The notes under the pieces are model-generated. The model saw only the letters and a program-made list of their open reading frames with translations. It did no database searches and was not told the DNA's origin. From NCBI RefSeq assembly GCF_004010195.1, contig NC_057711.1, forward strand, positions 77,972,560-78,036,559: DNA of 64,000 nucleotides, read 5' to 3'. The position numbers were made by a program, and so were the translations under genes. Source of the stretch: Chiloscyllium plagiosum. Lineage: Eukaryota. Of the stretch, positions 11,312 to 23,170 are shown in pieces. Positions within the stretch are counted from its first letter, which is position 1. Every line of letters begins with the position of its first letter.

Positions 11312-13570
11312 GGATCTAGCAACAGTTAGTGGTCTTATTATTACAAATTTACATCCATATAAGTTTTGATGTAGCTTCTTGACTCCAAATATGACTGCCA
11401 AACCTTCTTTTTCTGTCTGGACAGGTTTATGCTCTGCATCAGCCAAAGTCCTGGCTGCATACGGTCTTGGGCATTCCTCTGCATTGGGCCATCTATGAGC
11501 TAATAATACGCTGATGCTGTACGGGGGAGGCACCGCATATCAATACCAGATATTATTTGGGATCATAGTGTGTCAACACCTTGGAGGATGATAGCTGTTT
11601 CTTCCCTTACCTTAAAGCTATGGCTTGGCTATGTGATAATTTCCAAAGCTGACTCTTTTTAAAGAGTTGATGCAAAGGTGCCAGGATGGAGGCCAGGTTA
11701 TGTATGAACTTTCCATAATAATTCCTCAGCCCAAGAAAAGAGCTAAGCTCCAATACAGATGTGGGAGCCAGGGCACCTTTGATCACCCTCCCTTTATCTT
11801 CCATTGGGTGTAAACCAGTCTTGTCAACTCTGTAGCCCATATAGGTCACTTGGGATGCTTGGAATACACTTTTTTCCCTTCTAAGGTGTACACCCAGAGG
11901 GGAGAAATGTCTAAGGACTGTGTCCAAGTTCTCTATGTGCTCCTTATTAGTCTTCCTGATTATTAGTATGTCATAAATGGCAATCTGAGGTAGATCATGT
12001 AAAGTGTTCTCCATTGTCTGCTGAAAAATTGCATATGCTGGCAATACCCCACTCTTGTATATTGGGTACAAACCCTTATGGGTATTTACTGTAGCATATT
12101 TCTGGGAATACGCATCTAACTGCACTTGCAAGTATTCATTTACCACCGATGGTAGTAAAATACTGGAGCCCAAGCTTAATGGGGTGAAATTGTCTGGTGC
12201 TCCGTTTTCCAGCCTTTTTACTTTTGCGTCTACTTTTGCCCATAAGACAAATGGTACTGGGTGTGGCCTTTCAAAATCGTGGAATTGCTTCCTAGTCAAT
12301 ATGCAAGGTGGTCTTGACTCCTTTGATCATCCCCAGACCTCCTTGGAAAAACATCCAGGTATTTACCCAGGACTTCACTCAGGCACCCGTTTTCTAATTA
12401 AAAAATGTTGAGACAATCTAGGTCAATCTTTCTTAACCAATTTTGCCCCATCAAGCTTGGGCCTGAGTCTTCTACTGTAGTGAGTTGTAACTGAAACAGC
12501 TGCTTCTTACACGAGATCGGAGCCTAAGTTGTACCCTGAATCTACGACAGTTCCTTGTATGGGTTCTCAGTCTATGTGAGGCCTTGTGCAAATTTAAGGG
12601 TTGGAGTCCAGAGTGAATTTTGTTAAAGACTAGTTTGATGATCACTGAAATGGCTGCACTGGTATCAACCTCTATTAGAACTGGGTGACCATTTAACCAA
12701 ATGTTTAGTTTGATTGGTTCTGGTTTGGATGTTGCTGAGTAGTTTGACTGTTCCACACCAGTGTGTACTCTCCTGGATATCGGCCTATGAGTGCTCTTGT
12801 TCCATTTAGCTCTAGTGGGAATCTTTTTTTGCTGTCTCAAGTCCACATACCAGCAGCAAGTAGAATGGCTTGCCAGCCTAGTTCCTGAAGAAAATTTTAT
12901 CCATTTGGCCGAGGTTTGGCGTTGTTTTGGGATTTTCCTGTAGGCTGACCTAGAGTCTCTCATAGAGATTCATAGAGTCCCTACAATGTGGAAACAGGCT
13001 GTTCGGCTCAACAAGTCCACACCGACCCTCTGAAGAGTAACCTACACAGACCCATTCACTTACCCTGTATTTACCCCTGACTAATGCACCTAACATCTCT
13101 GAACACTGTGGCCAATTCACCGAACCTGCACAATTTTTCGGAGGAAGCTCACGCAGACACTGGGAGAATGTGCAAACTCCACACAGACAGTCGCCCGAAG
13201 CCAGAATCGAATCTGGGTCCCTGGTGCTGAGAGGCAGCAGTGCTAGCCACCAAGTCACTGTGCCGCCCTCTGTTCCAGGTATGTCCTGAGTGAGGCTATG
13301 CAGTTGCCTTCACTCAAGTGGTACTAGCAAGGGTGTCAACTTCCATCAGAATATGCTGTAACTCATGCTCCACTTGCCACATTTTCCAGTTACAAAACCA
13401 GTTGTAGTGTCTGTTTGAAGTCCAATTGGGCTTCAGCATGTAGCACTTTTGCCTGGTTACATCACTAATCCCACATACCAAACAGTGTCTCAGCATTTCA
13501 TTAAGGGTTAAACCAAAGTCAATCCAAGAACTCATTCTAAGAGGTCCACCTGGCTGACTTTGTTACAGAA
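11312..13570 (-). mobile_element. Degenerate Ty3/Gypsy internal region (gag-PR-RT-RNase H); no flanking LTRs seen
   Basis: gag EMLRHCLVCGISD (13314..13535); protease IEVDTSAAISVI (12472..12963); RT (11607..12299, LSSFLGLRNYYGKFIHNL); RNase H EKEGLAVIFGVKKLHQNLYG (11309..11533). Confidence 0.88.
12961..13268 (-). mobile_element. V-SINE (HE1-like) nested in the Gypsy remnant
   Basis: Reverse complement of the 10123 SINE type, with a small internal deletion. Confidence 0.88.
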
Positions 13571-14001
13571 ACGACACAGTAGGTGTTTGGAGCTTTCGTG
13601 GCACTTGCAGTCAAAGCTAACAATTTTCTCAAATGGTTCATTGGCAATGAATAACGGAACACAAGAAGAGACCTGTACTTGCCAAATTTTCCATTTCAAT
13701 GTTTTCAATAGCCTCTTCTCTACGAGTTGCAAAGCTTGTGATCATTAGTGGAGAGGAAAGCTGAGAATTTGGGAAAATTCCAAGTCTCTCTTTTCCTCTT
13801 TTAAAATAAGAGTTTGGTCACCGTGAGATGCTTTAAATTCTAGATATATTTTAGTTATTTTGGAGCAAGTGTTTTTTAATTCTCATCATTAAAATTTTAA
13901 TTTTGTGCTGAATGAAGATATTAATATTGCATTTATGTTATCAGGATAATGTTTATTATTTTTGAACTAAACAGCTACTTTACTTTTGTTTCTGTTCTAA
14001 G

Positions 14002-14083
14002 ATACAAAATCAGCTGTCTGGGGCCATCTTTCCTTTTCCGTTTTATCCAATTATTCCCCCCAAATCAGTCACCATGGATTCAG
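14002..14083 (+). CDS. VPS13A: VPS13A coding exon 4 of window (82 nt): IQNQLSGAIFPFPFYPIIPPKSVTMDS
   Basis: Acceptor ttctaag|ATA, donor CAG|gttggt. Confidence 0.95.
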
Positions 14084-14604
14084 GTTGGTTTTATATAATT
14101 TATTGTATGCACTCTGCTGTAATGAAATATGTTAAATGTGATGTTTTCTGTAAATGGCATAAATAAATATGTTTTCATTCATATGGATACTCGTTGAAAT
14201 TTTGAATGTCCTATTACATGGCTATGAGCTGCAGTTTAAATTAAACTTGATCGTGCTGATTAAGGTCAGTGGAGCTTGGAGTTACAGAATCTTCATTTAT
14301 TAAAAAGTTATATTTGTTTGATTCTTTCAACTGTAATTTTAAGATTCCTGCAGCACTGATTTAGGAATCCTGCAAGTACTTGAGCTCAACTTTGTGTATT
14401 AGTTTTTATATTGTGATATTTAGAAGTATTTACAGGAAATTATTATCTCCTTTCCAAAGTTTATGTAAAAATGAAATGTAAACTCCTGAATCAAAATAAT
14501 ATTTTTAGAATATTACATTCAGTTTAGAATATGAGAAACAATTCTGTAATTGAATTTTTTTGAAAAAAAAATACAGTTCTTTAATATTTGTTTTATTTTA
14601 ATAG

Positions 14605-14674
14605 CACCAAAGCCTTTTGCTGATGTCAGTATTATCACTAGGTTTGCAGGGAAGTCTGATATATCTCGTTTTAG
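14605..14674 (+). CDS. VPS13A: VPS13A coding exon 5 of window (70 nt): APKPFADVSIITRFAGKSDISRFR
   Basis: Acceptor taatag|CA, donor TAG|gtaagt. Confidence 0.95.
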
Positions 14675-14779
14675 GTAAGTCATAAACTTGAAATTATTTT
14701 GTCTATGATTATATGGTTAAAAGTGGGGATGTTAATTGACAACTGCACCATACTCAACACCATGAGTACCAACTCCTCA

Positions 14780-15560
14780 GATACTAAAACAATCTCTGCC
14801 CAAAGACAGCAAGATCTGGACAATATTCAGGCTTCACAATTAACATTGATGCCACATAGTGCCAGGCACTGATCATTTCAGAGAGAGAAACTAACCATCT
14901 CCACTTGAAATTAATGACTTCACCATCGCTGGAACTCCACAACAGACAGGGGATTGATCAGAAGCTGAATTGCACAGGTCACAGTCATACTGTGGTGATA
15001 ACAGCAGGTGCGAAACTGGAAATTCTGAGGTGAATACTTCATCATCTGATTTCCCTAAAGCCTTTCCACCATCTGCAAAGCTCATGTCAGGAGTGTGATG
15101 GAATATTTGCCTGCATTGATATGGATCCAACAATGTTCAAGAAACCTGACAGCATTCAGGGCAAAGCAGTCTGCTTGAACAGCACCCTACACAGGAACTT
15201 AAGCATCCACTCCCTCTGCCACTAACATATTGTGTCCTGTTACAAGCAACTCCCTAATGCTGTTTCAATAACACCTTCCAGACTGACACACACTGCCATT
15301 TAGAAGGACAATGGTAGCAGAAACATGGGAGCATCAGCACCTATAAGTTTCCTTCTGCACTGCAAATCATTTTGGTTTGAAACAATTACTATATTTTCAC
15401 TTTCAATGGATCAAAATCTTGGAACTTCCCATAGCACTATGGATGTGGTGATACATAAGGAACTGCAGTGGTTCAAGAAGGCAAATCATCACCACCACCT
15501 TGAGTTCAGTTAGGAATGAACCATATATATTGGCCTTGCTGACAACTCCTAAACCCATAA
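14780..15560 (+). mobile_element. Old L2/CR1-group LINE 3' fragment
   Basis: gctcatgtcaggagtgtgatggaatat...gaactgcagtggttcaagaaggc...caccaccacctt, shared with copies at 19165, 31140 and 60900. Confidence 0.6.
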
Positions 15561-16919
15561 AATAATTGAAAAACAGAAATTTTCAAACAATCTATTGATA
15601 ATATTCTTTATAATCTACTCAGTTCTTCTTATGCAGAATAATTTTGAATAAATCACCTTGAAGCCTTATTTTTATACCAAGATTGAAAACAGTATTTAAT
15701 TAAAATCTGCACAGTATTTCTGAATAGTCCACATCTTGGAAGACATGATGCTCTGGCTTTGAACTTCCTTGTGATTCCTAAATACTGCCCTGTGACTGCT
15801 TACGTAAGATAGTAAAACAAGCTGTTCAGCACTGAAATCAAAACAGCAAATGTTGGAAATACTCAGAAGCTCTGCTCGATATGTGACAAGAGTAAACATT
15901 TCAGTCTCTGACCTTTTTGTCTGGGAGAAGTTACATGTAACTTTGCATCTCTAATTAATATTGCAGATTTAATTTTACCAGAAATCAGCCAATTATAAAT
16001 GTTAGTGAGTTTCATGGATTATTTCTCTCTGCCAATCCTAGTGGATTTTGTCACGCTATCTTCCAAACTTGCCTTATTACCCAGGCATCGTACACCTATA
16101 ATGTTCTATTTGTTGCACTTTCCCACTTGCCACGGGCAGAGACATACTGGCCACTGCCAGAAACTCCCAGGAGTCCTGGTGCTCGTAGTACCTTCAGTCA
16201 TGCACCTGGTCAAGCACCGGCAATCTATAACTGCCCTGAACAGTTCCTATGAATTGCCTAGTCATATTAAAAGGAAAGTGGCATCCCACTTTGCTGATAT
16301 GGGACTGCCTGGGTCTTGGTGGGTGGGGCGTAGTGTGGCCAGTGGCTTCCATGGAGCGGGCCCTGAGATGTTGGTGCAAGGTAACCAAGAAGGTGAACTG
16401 GAGTTGCCAGGTTATCACTCTGAATTTCATTTCAGGAATTGTTGCTGTCTAGTTTCTATCTGGTTGGTGAGAGAATGGGAAACAGCATATCAGTGAAGTG
16501 AGATGATTTGGTAATAAGGATGGTAATGCAAACCAATTGGTCTCTTTCTGCTTGCTCACAACAGTCATATCTCATTATTCGACACTTGGTTGGAAAACAG
16601 GATTTGTTTTGCTGTCAAAGTTGGGAACCACCTTACAGTTGCTCTCCCAGAATTCTCCCAAATTTTTCACCTGTGCCTGTGTTGTTAAGTGGTTGGGAAG
16701 ATTCCATTCTACATCTCTGACTCTTCCTAAAATGATTTTTTCTTTTATCTCCAAAGATCCTGTCTTAACTGCTGAGATTTTCCACAATCTGATATTTTTA
16801 TTTCAACTTTCATTATCTGTAGTATTCTGCTTTTGATTTGGTCAGCAATAAATCCATTAAATCATATTACTAATAGAAACTTTGCTTGATCTTTTAGGAA
16901 AAAGTGATTGGAACAAAGT

Positions 16920-17429
16920 TTTCATGTAGATCCCACTGAGTATGAGATCCCTAATTGGGGTTAAACTGGACCAATCAGGGAACCCTGGCTGGCAGATATA
17001 AACAGGAGTCTGAGTCTCCACACTTTAGGGACTGGCTCTTATCTAGCTGGTCAGAGTCCATGTACTATGCACGTGCAAATAAAGAGTGACTTGACAGGAT
17101 ACCAGGATCTGGATTAGAGTGGTGCTGGAAAAGCACAACAGTTCAGGCAGCATCCGAGGAGCAGGAAAATCGACGTTTAAGGCAAAAGACCTTCATCAGG
17201 AATACAGGCAGAGTGCCTGAAGGGTGGAGAGATCAAAATTTTATCTCTCTACCCTTCAGGCACTCTGCCTGTATTCTTGATGAAGGGCTTTTGCCCTAAA
17301 CGTCGATTTTCCTGCTCCTTGCATGCTGCTTGAACTGCTGTGCTTTTCCAGCACCACTCTAATCCAGAATCTGGTTTCCAGCATCTGCAGTAATTGCTTT
17401 TACCTAGGATACCAGGATCGGTTATTTCA
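16920..17429 (+). mobile_element. Probable short solo LTR (Gypsy-type) carrying a Penelope insertion
   Basis: CCAAT (16971), GATATAAA, AATAAA (~17078), ends gttatttCA after the insert. Confidence 0.55.
17108..17405. mobile_element. Inverted Penelope pseudo-LTR pair (126-bp arms, 9-nt loop) with 14-bp TSD
   Basis: Arms 17108-17233 and 17243-17368; AGGATACCAGGATC at 17096-17109 and 17406-17419; same family as 10872-11204. Confidence 0.88.
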
Positions 17430-19164
17430 GGAAAAAGACATTTTTTTAAACTTTCATCATCGTAGGCTAATTGCATCAACTCAACATATAGAATGGTTAA
17501 AATTTGATTGAAGGTCACGTTTCTGTTTCAATAATTTTCTAAAACAAAATGAGAAATATGGATATGTGAATTTTTTTTACTTCAAGCAACGGTAAAGTTT
17601 TATTGTAATAATTTAGTTATAGAAACTTCTTTAAATTTTAAATCTGTTTCATGTTGCATTCTTTTAAACGCTAGATTTTTAAAAAAAGATTATTACTCTG
17701 ACAAGATTTCACCAGATTCTTGCAAAAACCCCTAATTGCCTATCCATAGAGATCTTTGTACTTTCCCATTTTGGAGGAAAAACTTTATAATATATCTTTA
17801 TTGCCACTATTTGCACATTATAAAAACATCTTTGCACTTGGTACTGCCAGATTGTTTTCAAGTAGAGTTACTGTTGTTATGGAAGCTGTTTCACTTGTAG
17901 CAAGGTCCTAAGTGATAAATGGTAAACATCAACAGCTGTTTTGGAGAATCAGTTTTGGAGAAAATTGTCTGACCTCAGATTGTGTTAGGAGTCTTTTGGA
18001 TCCGTTATGAGCAACAAACATGATCTTAGCTGAATGTTTCACTTGAAAGACAGTTCTTCTTTTGTCAGTTGCTCTTTGGGTGCCTTTGTTCTTGGGTCAC
18101 TAAAAGTTTGCACTTAGTTACAGCAAGCAGTTAGCAAGGCAAATGTCATGTTAAACTTTACTTCCAAGGGATTTGATTACAGGTATAAAGTTGTCTTGAT
18201 GCAATTGTACAGACTCTTGGTGAACCCTGGAATATTGGGTCAAATTTTCTGAACAGTGGCAACTGTACTCAGACTGTCACTCCATTCCTTATTCCAATAT
18301 GAAAGAACTCTGCATTTCTGACAGGCGATTCCAATTTGGACTCCTTCAGAACTGTGGAGCATACTTTAAATCTGACAAGTCACTCATCGAACAGGATAAT
18401 CAGAAGTCAAAGCACACTTCTTTTTCACAACCTGGGGGAGAGAGGAGAAGGATTAAGTGTTGGAGTAGTGGGAGTCAGATCCTGGGTAGGTGGTGAGAAG
18501 TGGGGGGGCATGTAGTCGATGGGTGTGTGAAGTAAATTCAAATTCAGTTTAACACTTGGAATTTATTGAATAGTAGCAGAATCCTTTGAATTCTCCAATT
18601 TAAATGGATGCTCCTTGAGGGCTCCAGTCTTAGAGAAATTGTCTATCAAAATTTTCAATTTCCCTGGCATTCCATCAGTTTCCATAGGCTTCTGATATAA
18701 AAATCCCACCAATGCTACAGAAAACTATTTGACCACTGGAAAATCTAGTATGCTGTGTGCGGTTTTTGTTGTTCTTATCTGAAAGAGCATACTTGCTATA
18801 AATGGCAAGAGGCATGGAATGGCAGCAGAGGATCAACAGACAATCCCTGAGATGGCAAATTCTTTTAAGGTCAGATTGAAGAAACTTGGCCTGCATTCTT
18901 AGGGGTTTAGAATAACTAAGGATGTTGTCATTAAAACTTAGAAATTTCTTAGCGAGTGATGGGATGAATCAAGATAGGATATTTCCCCTGACTGATGCAT
19001 CTAGAACTAGGGGACATATTCTCGGAATAAGGAGTCAACCATTTAAGACTGAGGTGAGGAAGTATTTCTTCACCAGAATCTTTGGAGTTTTCTACTCCAG
19101 TTAGCCATGAAAGCTCAATCATTGAGCTTGTTCAAGAAGAAACGATAGATTTCTGGATGCTAGT

Positions 19165-19530
19165 GACAGTGTGTACTGTCTGCATGATGCACTGCAGTAA
19201 TTCACCAAAGATCCTTAGACAGCACCTTCCCAACCCATGACCACTTCCACCTAGACGGACAAGGGCAGCAGGTACTTGGGAACACCACCACCTGCAAGTT
19301 CCCCTCCAAGCCACTCACCACCTTGACTTGGAAATATACCGCTGTTCCTTCTCATTCGTTGGGTCAAAATCCTGCAATTCCCTCCTAACGGGCATTGTGG
19401 GTCAACCCACAGCATGTGGACTGCAGCAATTCAAGGCAGCAGTTCACCATCACCTTCTCAAGAGCAAATAGGGATGGGCTACAATGCTGGCTAGCCAGCA
19501 ATGCCCAAGTCCCACAAATGAATAAAAAAA
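19165..19530 (+). mobile_element. L2/CR1-group LINE 3' end
   Basis: Ends ...gctggctagccagcaatgcccaagtcccacaaatgaat; nested in an older CR1 (~18860-19620). Confidence 0.65.
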
Positions 19531-20127
19531 AGAAGGTATCTGAGGAAATTGAGCTAGGTCATCAGTCATTATTGAATTGAATCACAGAGCAGGTTCGACT
19601 GCCATATTCCTGCTCTATTTCTTCCCACATTTCAGCCCATTCAGTGTCAACTTAATTTGCATGCTCTCATTCTGAACTGGGGTTTGAATTCTTGCCTTTT
19701 GACTCTTAAGACAAGTGCATTACCAACTAAAGCAAACTGTCTAATTCTTCCAATCGTGAAGGTGCAATGACTAGGTTCAACGATTGTCTCACATAGGTCC
19801 TGAATAAAATCATTTTACTTTCTCTTCTTGAATCTCCAACCTGTCTCCAACCTTTCACATGAATCCACATTTTACTTATAAAACATAGGATGACAGCAAG
19901 AAGAATATGCACGACCCAATTCCAGAACCTTCCCAACTTGGGTAATTGCTCCTGCTTACTTCCCAAGTAACTGCACCACTCACTATCTAGCAAGGTTATT
20001 TAGCTCACGTATGTTACAGTATCTCCTGATTATTTTTCCACTCTGGGAGGTGTGTGCAACAGGAGAAAGATTTCATAATGAAAGACAAAAAAATGTAATG
20101 AAGAAGTAAAACAAATTCAAACAAAGA

Positions 20128-20425
20128 CCTGCTGCTTCACAGCGCCCGGGACCCATGTTCGATTCCCACCCAGGGCGACTATCTGTGTGGAGTTTGCACA
20201 TTCTCCCAGTGTTTGCGTGGGTTTCCTCTGGGTACTCAGGTTTCCTCCCACAATCCAAAGATGTGCTGGCCAGGTAAATTGGCCATCCTTAATTGCCCAT
20301 AGTGTTAGATAGTTAGGGGTAAATGTAGGGGAATGGGTCTGGGTGGGTTATTCTTGGAGGGTTGGTGTGGACTTGTTGGTCCGAAGGGCCTGTTTCCACA
20401 CTGTAGGGAATCTAATCTAATCTAA
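20128..20425 (+). mobile_element. V-SINE (HE1-like), 5'-truncated, (AATCT)n tail
   Basis: B box GTTCGATTC, V-domain, tail aatctaatctaatct. Confidence 0.88.
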
Positions 20426-20631
20426 ACAAGAATGCTGCAGATTGCCAGACAAAGCTAAAATGGGATACAAACAATGGACCATCTATAGCAAGGGCTGTTT
20501 AATTTTAATTTGCCCAGTTGATGAATTAGCAGTATTTTGGTTATAATTATGATGAACGTATTTTAATTGGCTGCATTTATTTCAACTTGAAATATTTTTT
20601 TCATAAAGATTATATTATATACTTGCAACAG

Positions 20632-20743
20632 GTATTTTAAAGTCCTAATTCAAGAAATGGATCTGAAGTTAGATCTTGGTTTTCTTTATGCTGTGATGGA
20701 CCTATTCACTCAATCAACAGATACAGTTCTTGCAGAGCAAAAG
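20632..20743 (+). CDS. VPS13A: VPS13A coding exon 6 of window (112 nt): YFKVLIQEMDLKLDLGFLYAVMDLFTQSTDTVLAEQK
   Basis: Acceptor caacag|G, donor AAG|gtataa. Confidence 0.94.
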
Positions 20744-21524
20744 GTATAATACAAACATACATAAAATAAGTAAAAACAAAAAGATATCTAACTTGTGTTT
20801 ATTTTAATACCTCTTCATTTACTTCTAAGATGTTTGTAATTTCAGTATTTCTACTTGGATAGAAATGCATTTTCTTTGAGTTGCAGATTTGAGGCAGCAG
20901 ATAGCTACATTAGTCAAAAACAAGTCAATCACTTCCCCATCTAATACCTATCCAATTCATTAAGTTTTTCCAAACTCTGTGCTCCTGGGGCCTTCCTATA
21001 GGTAAAGCCTGCCCTCTGCTGAATGTATGACCCGCACTTTCCCTAATCCACAAGCAGAACCGTGAAGCACTTTTGTTATTATTTTCTTACCTTTTTTTAG
21101 CTGTCAATTTCCAGACAGCAGAGAAATCCAACAAATAATGGTTAGAAATAGAAGCTTTGCTAAAATGAAGGTACGCAATTTTCTTAAAAATGCTTCAACC
21201 CACCCATTGAGAGTAAGTTGATCGCATGCCCCCTCTTCCCTAATTAAAACCAGCATTGGGCAGTCTCGAAGTTGCTTGGGGTCAGATTTAAAATATTTAC
21301 AACTTACCTTCTCATTTCACCCAGATCTCCCTGTTTAGGTGAGGTTTTAAATGTGTGCAATTAATTTTTAGGTAACGTGTGTAAAATACTCAAAATCTGA
21401 ACGACCAATCAGAATTCAGAAGAAAGTGCTACGAAATGTTAACCATGCTATTTGTGACATTGAAGTAATGCAATTCTAATTTATAAATTCCACATCTAAT
21501 TTGTTGAATTACTTTGTTTTTAAG

Positions 21525-21638
21525 CTGGATCTATTCAAAAAGGACCTTGAGTATATTCAAACAGAGCTGTTGACTGAATCTGCCATTGACACCACACCTG
21601 TCAGTCTTTATGAGTATTTCCATATTTCACCTATCAAA
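21525..21638 (+). CDS. VPS13A: VPS13A coding exon 7 of window (114 nt): LDLFKKDLEYIQTELLTESAIDTTPVSLYEYFHISPIK
   Basis: Acceptor ttttaag|CTG, donor AAA|gtaagt. Confidence 0.95.
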
Positions 21639-23029
21639 GTAAGTAAACATTTTAAGTATTTCACTGAATAAATGTACGATTTTATTAAAGCTATAATCAG
21701 CTTTGAAGATCTTGTTTCTTGTTTATATAGTAATGGTATTTTCCCACAATGTAACTGCCGATTTCAGGGAACTACATGAAGGGTTTCTTTTCTCATAGAA
21801 TTATACACTGCTTACCTCATTCTGTAGGTACCATATTATCACAACACCACATTTACTCTACCTGTACTCAGCAATTGTAAAAATGCTCACTCGTGCTGGA
21901 GCCTTCAGGAATTCCTGTTGCTAGTCCCATATTAAACTCTCAACTGTGCACCTTTTCAAAAGCTGCAAGTCAAGAACTGTCCTTCGTGGTTCATGTTATT
22001 GAAGAACTGGAAAGGCGATGTCTTCTAGAAGCAAATTAGCACCCCACTTTGCTGACTAGGAATTTAAGATGGTAGTGGAGATGAAGGCCATCTTCTTTCC
22101 CCCGGATGGCCGGAGGAGAGCATAGCACAAGATTCTATCAGCTGGTCCGAAGTTGCCATCCAGGTCAATGCTGTTTCCATGATATGTAGAAACATTCAGC
22201 CATGCCATAAGCGATAAGCTATGTTCTGCTCTCTGCAAGGATAAGTGTTACAATTTTCTCTCTGCTACCTTACACTCATTCCAACTCTGCTACTGCACTA
22301 AGCTCCCACCAAGGCAGCAGTATCTTTTCTCGTCTCTTGTACATCCCATTTCCCCAGTCTTATCCTTCCTATCCACTGCACTTCCTACTTTCTTACTCAC
22401 TTGGGATACTTGCCCATCTTTGCTCCCCCTGCATCCGCTCTTAATAGCTAAAAGTGCCAAGTACTTGTATCTCTGCCAAGTACTTGTATCTCACTTAATC
22501 CCTCCCTTCGTCTCATCTCAAGAGAAAATGTCTCACAATAGAGCTGAAAGAGCCAAACCATAACAGGATCGCTGACAAAAGTCTCCTCACCAGAATCAAG
22601 ACAGAATCCTTGATGCAGGATGTTCAGAGCTTCATGTCCTGGCAACCAAGAAAGGTTCATTATGACATACTGCACTGCTTCCTCAAAAGCATTGTGTAGG
22701 TGCTTAATATGTTGAAGCTTCTACCCCTATTGTGCAACTCATTACACTGTTTCTGCAGCCACTAGTAACATTTAAAATGGTCTGTACCCACTAGAAACTT
22801 GTCCCTCTGGCCAACAGCTGCTCCTCCACTTCTGAGGAATAAGCAACACACTATGAAGTAGTGGCAAAGCTGTCTCCTGCACCATCAAGCTCAGATACTG
22901 TCACCTCAGTGGGTAATTTAAATAGATTAGACTTGAGAACACATTCTGAATGTCATGTTTTCAGGATTCCTAGCACTTGAGGTTATCTGCAGCCAAATAG
23001 ACTTGTGAAAGAGAGGCACTGCTTAGAAT

Positions 23030-23170
23030 CATATAGACTCTACAGTGTGAAAAGAGGCCATTTAATCCATTAGTCTGTGGGAGGAAAGCAAAGCATCCAG
23101 TACAAATTCCACACAGACGTTCACCCACAGATGGATCCCTGGCAGTGTGAGGTAGCAGTGCCTACCAGGT
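23030..23170 (-). mobile_element. Degenerate, internally deleted V-SINE
   Basis: tacagtgtga...ggccatt...gtgggaggaaagc...ccctggcagtgtgaggtagcagtgc. Confidence 0.55.

Noticed and set aside
15830..15930. Further hammerhead/Penelope remnant on the minus strand
   Set aside because: Core too degenerate (CAGACAAA...GAAATGTT) to call
15999..16496. 165-aa ORF as a nested gene
   Set aside because: No recognisable domain or exon signals; probably decayed repeat
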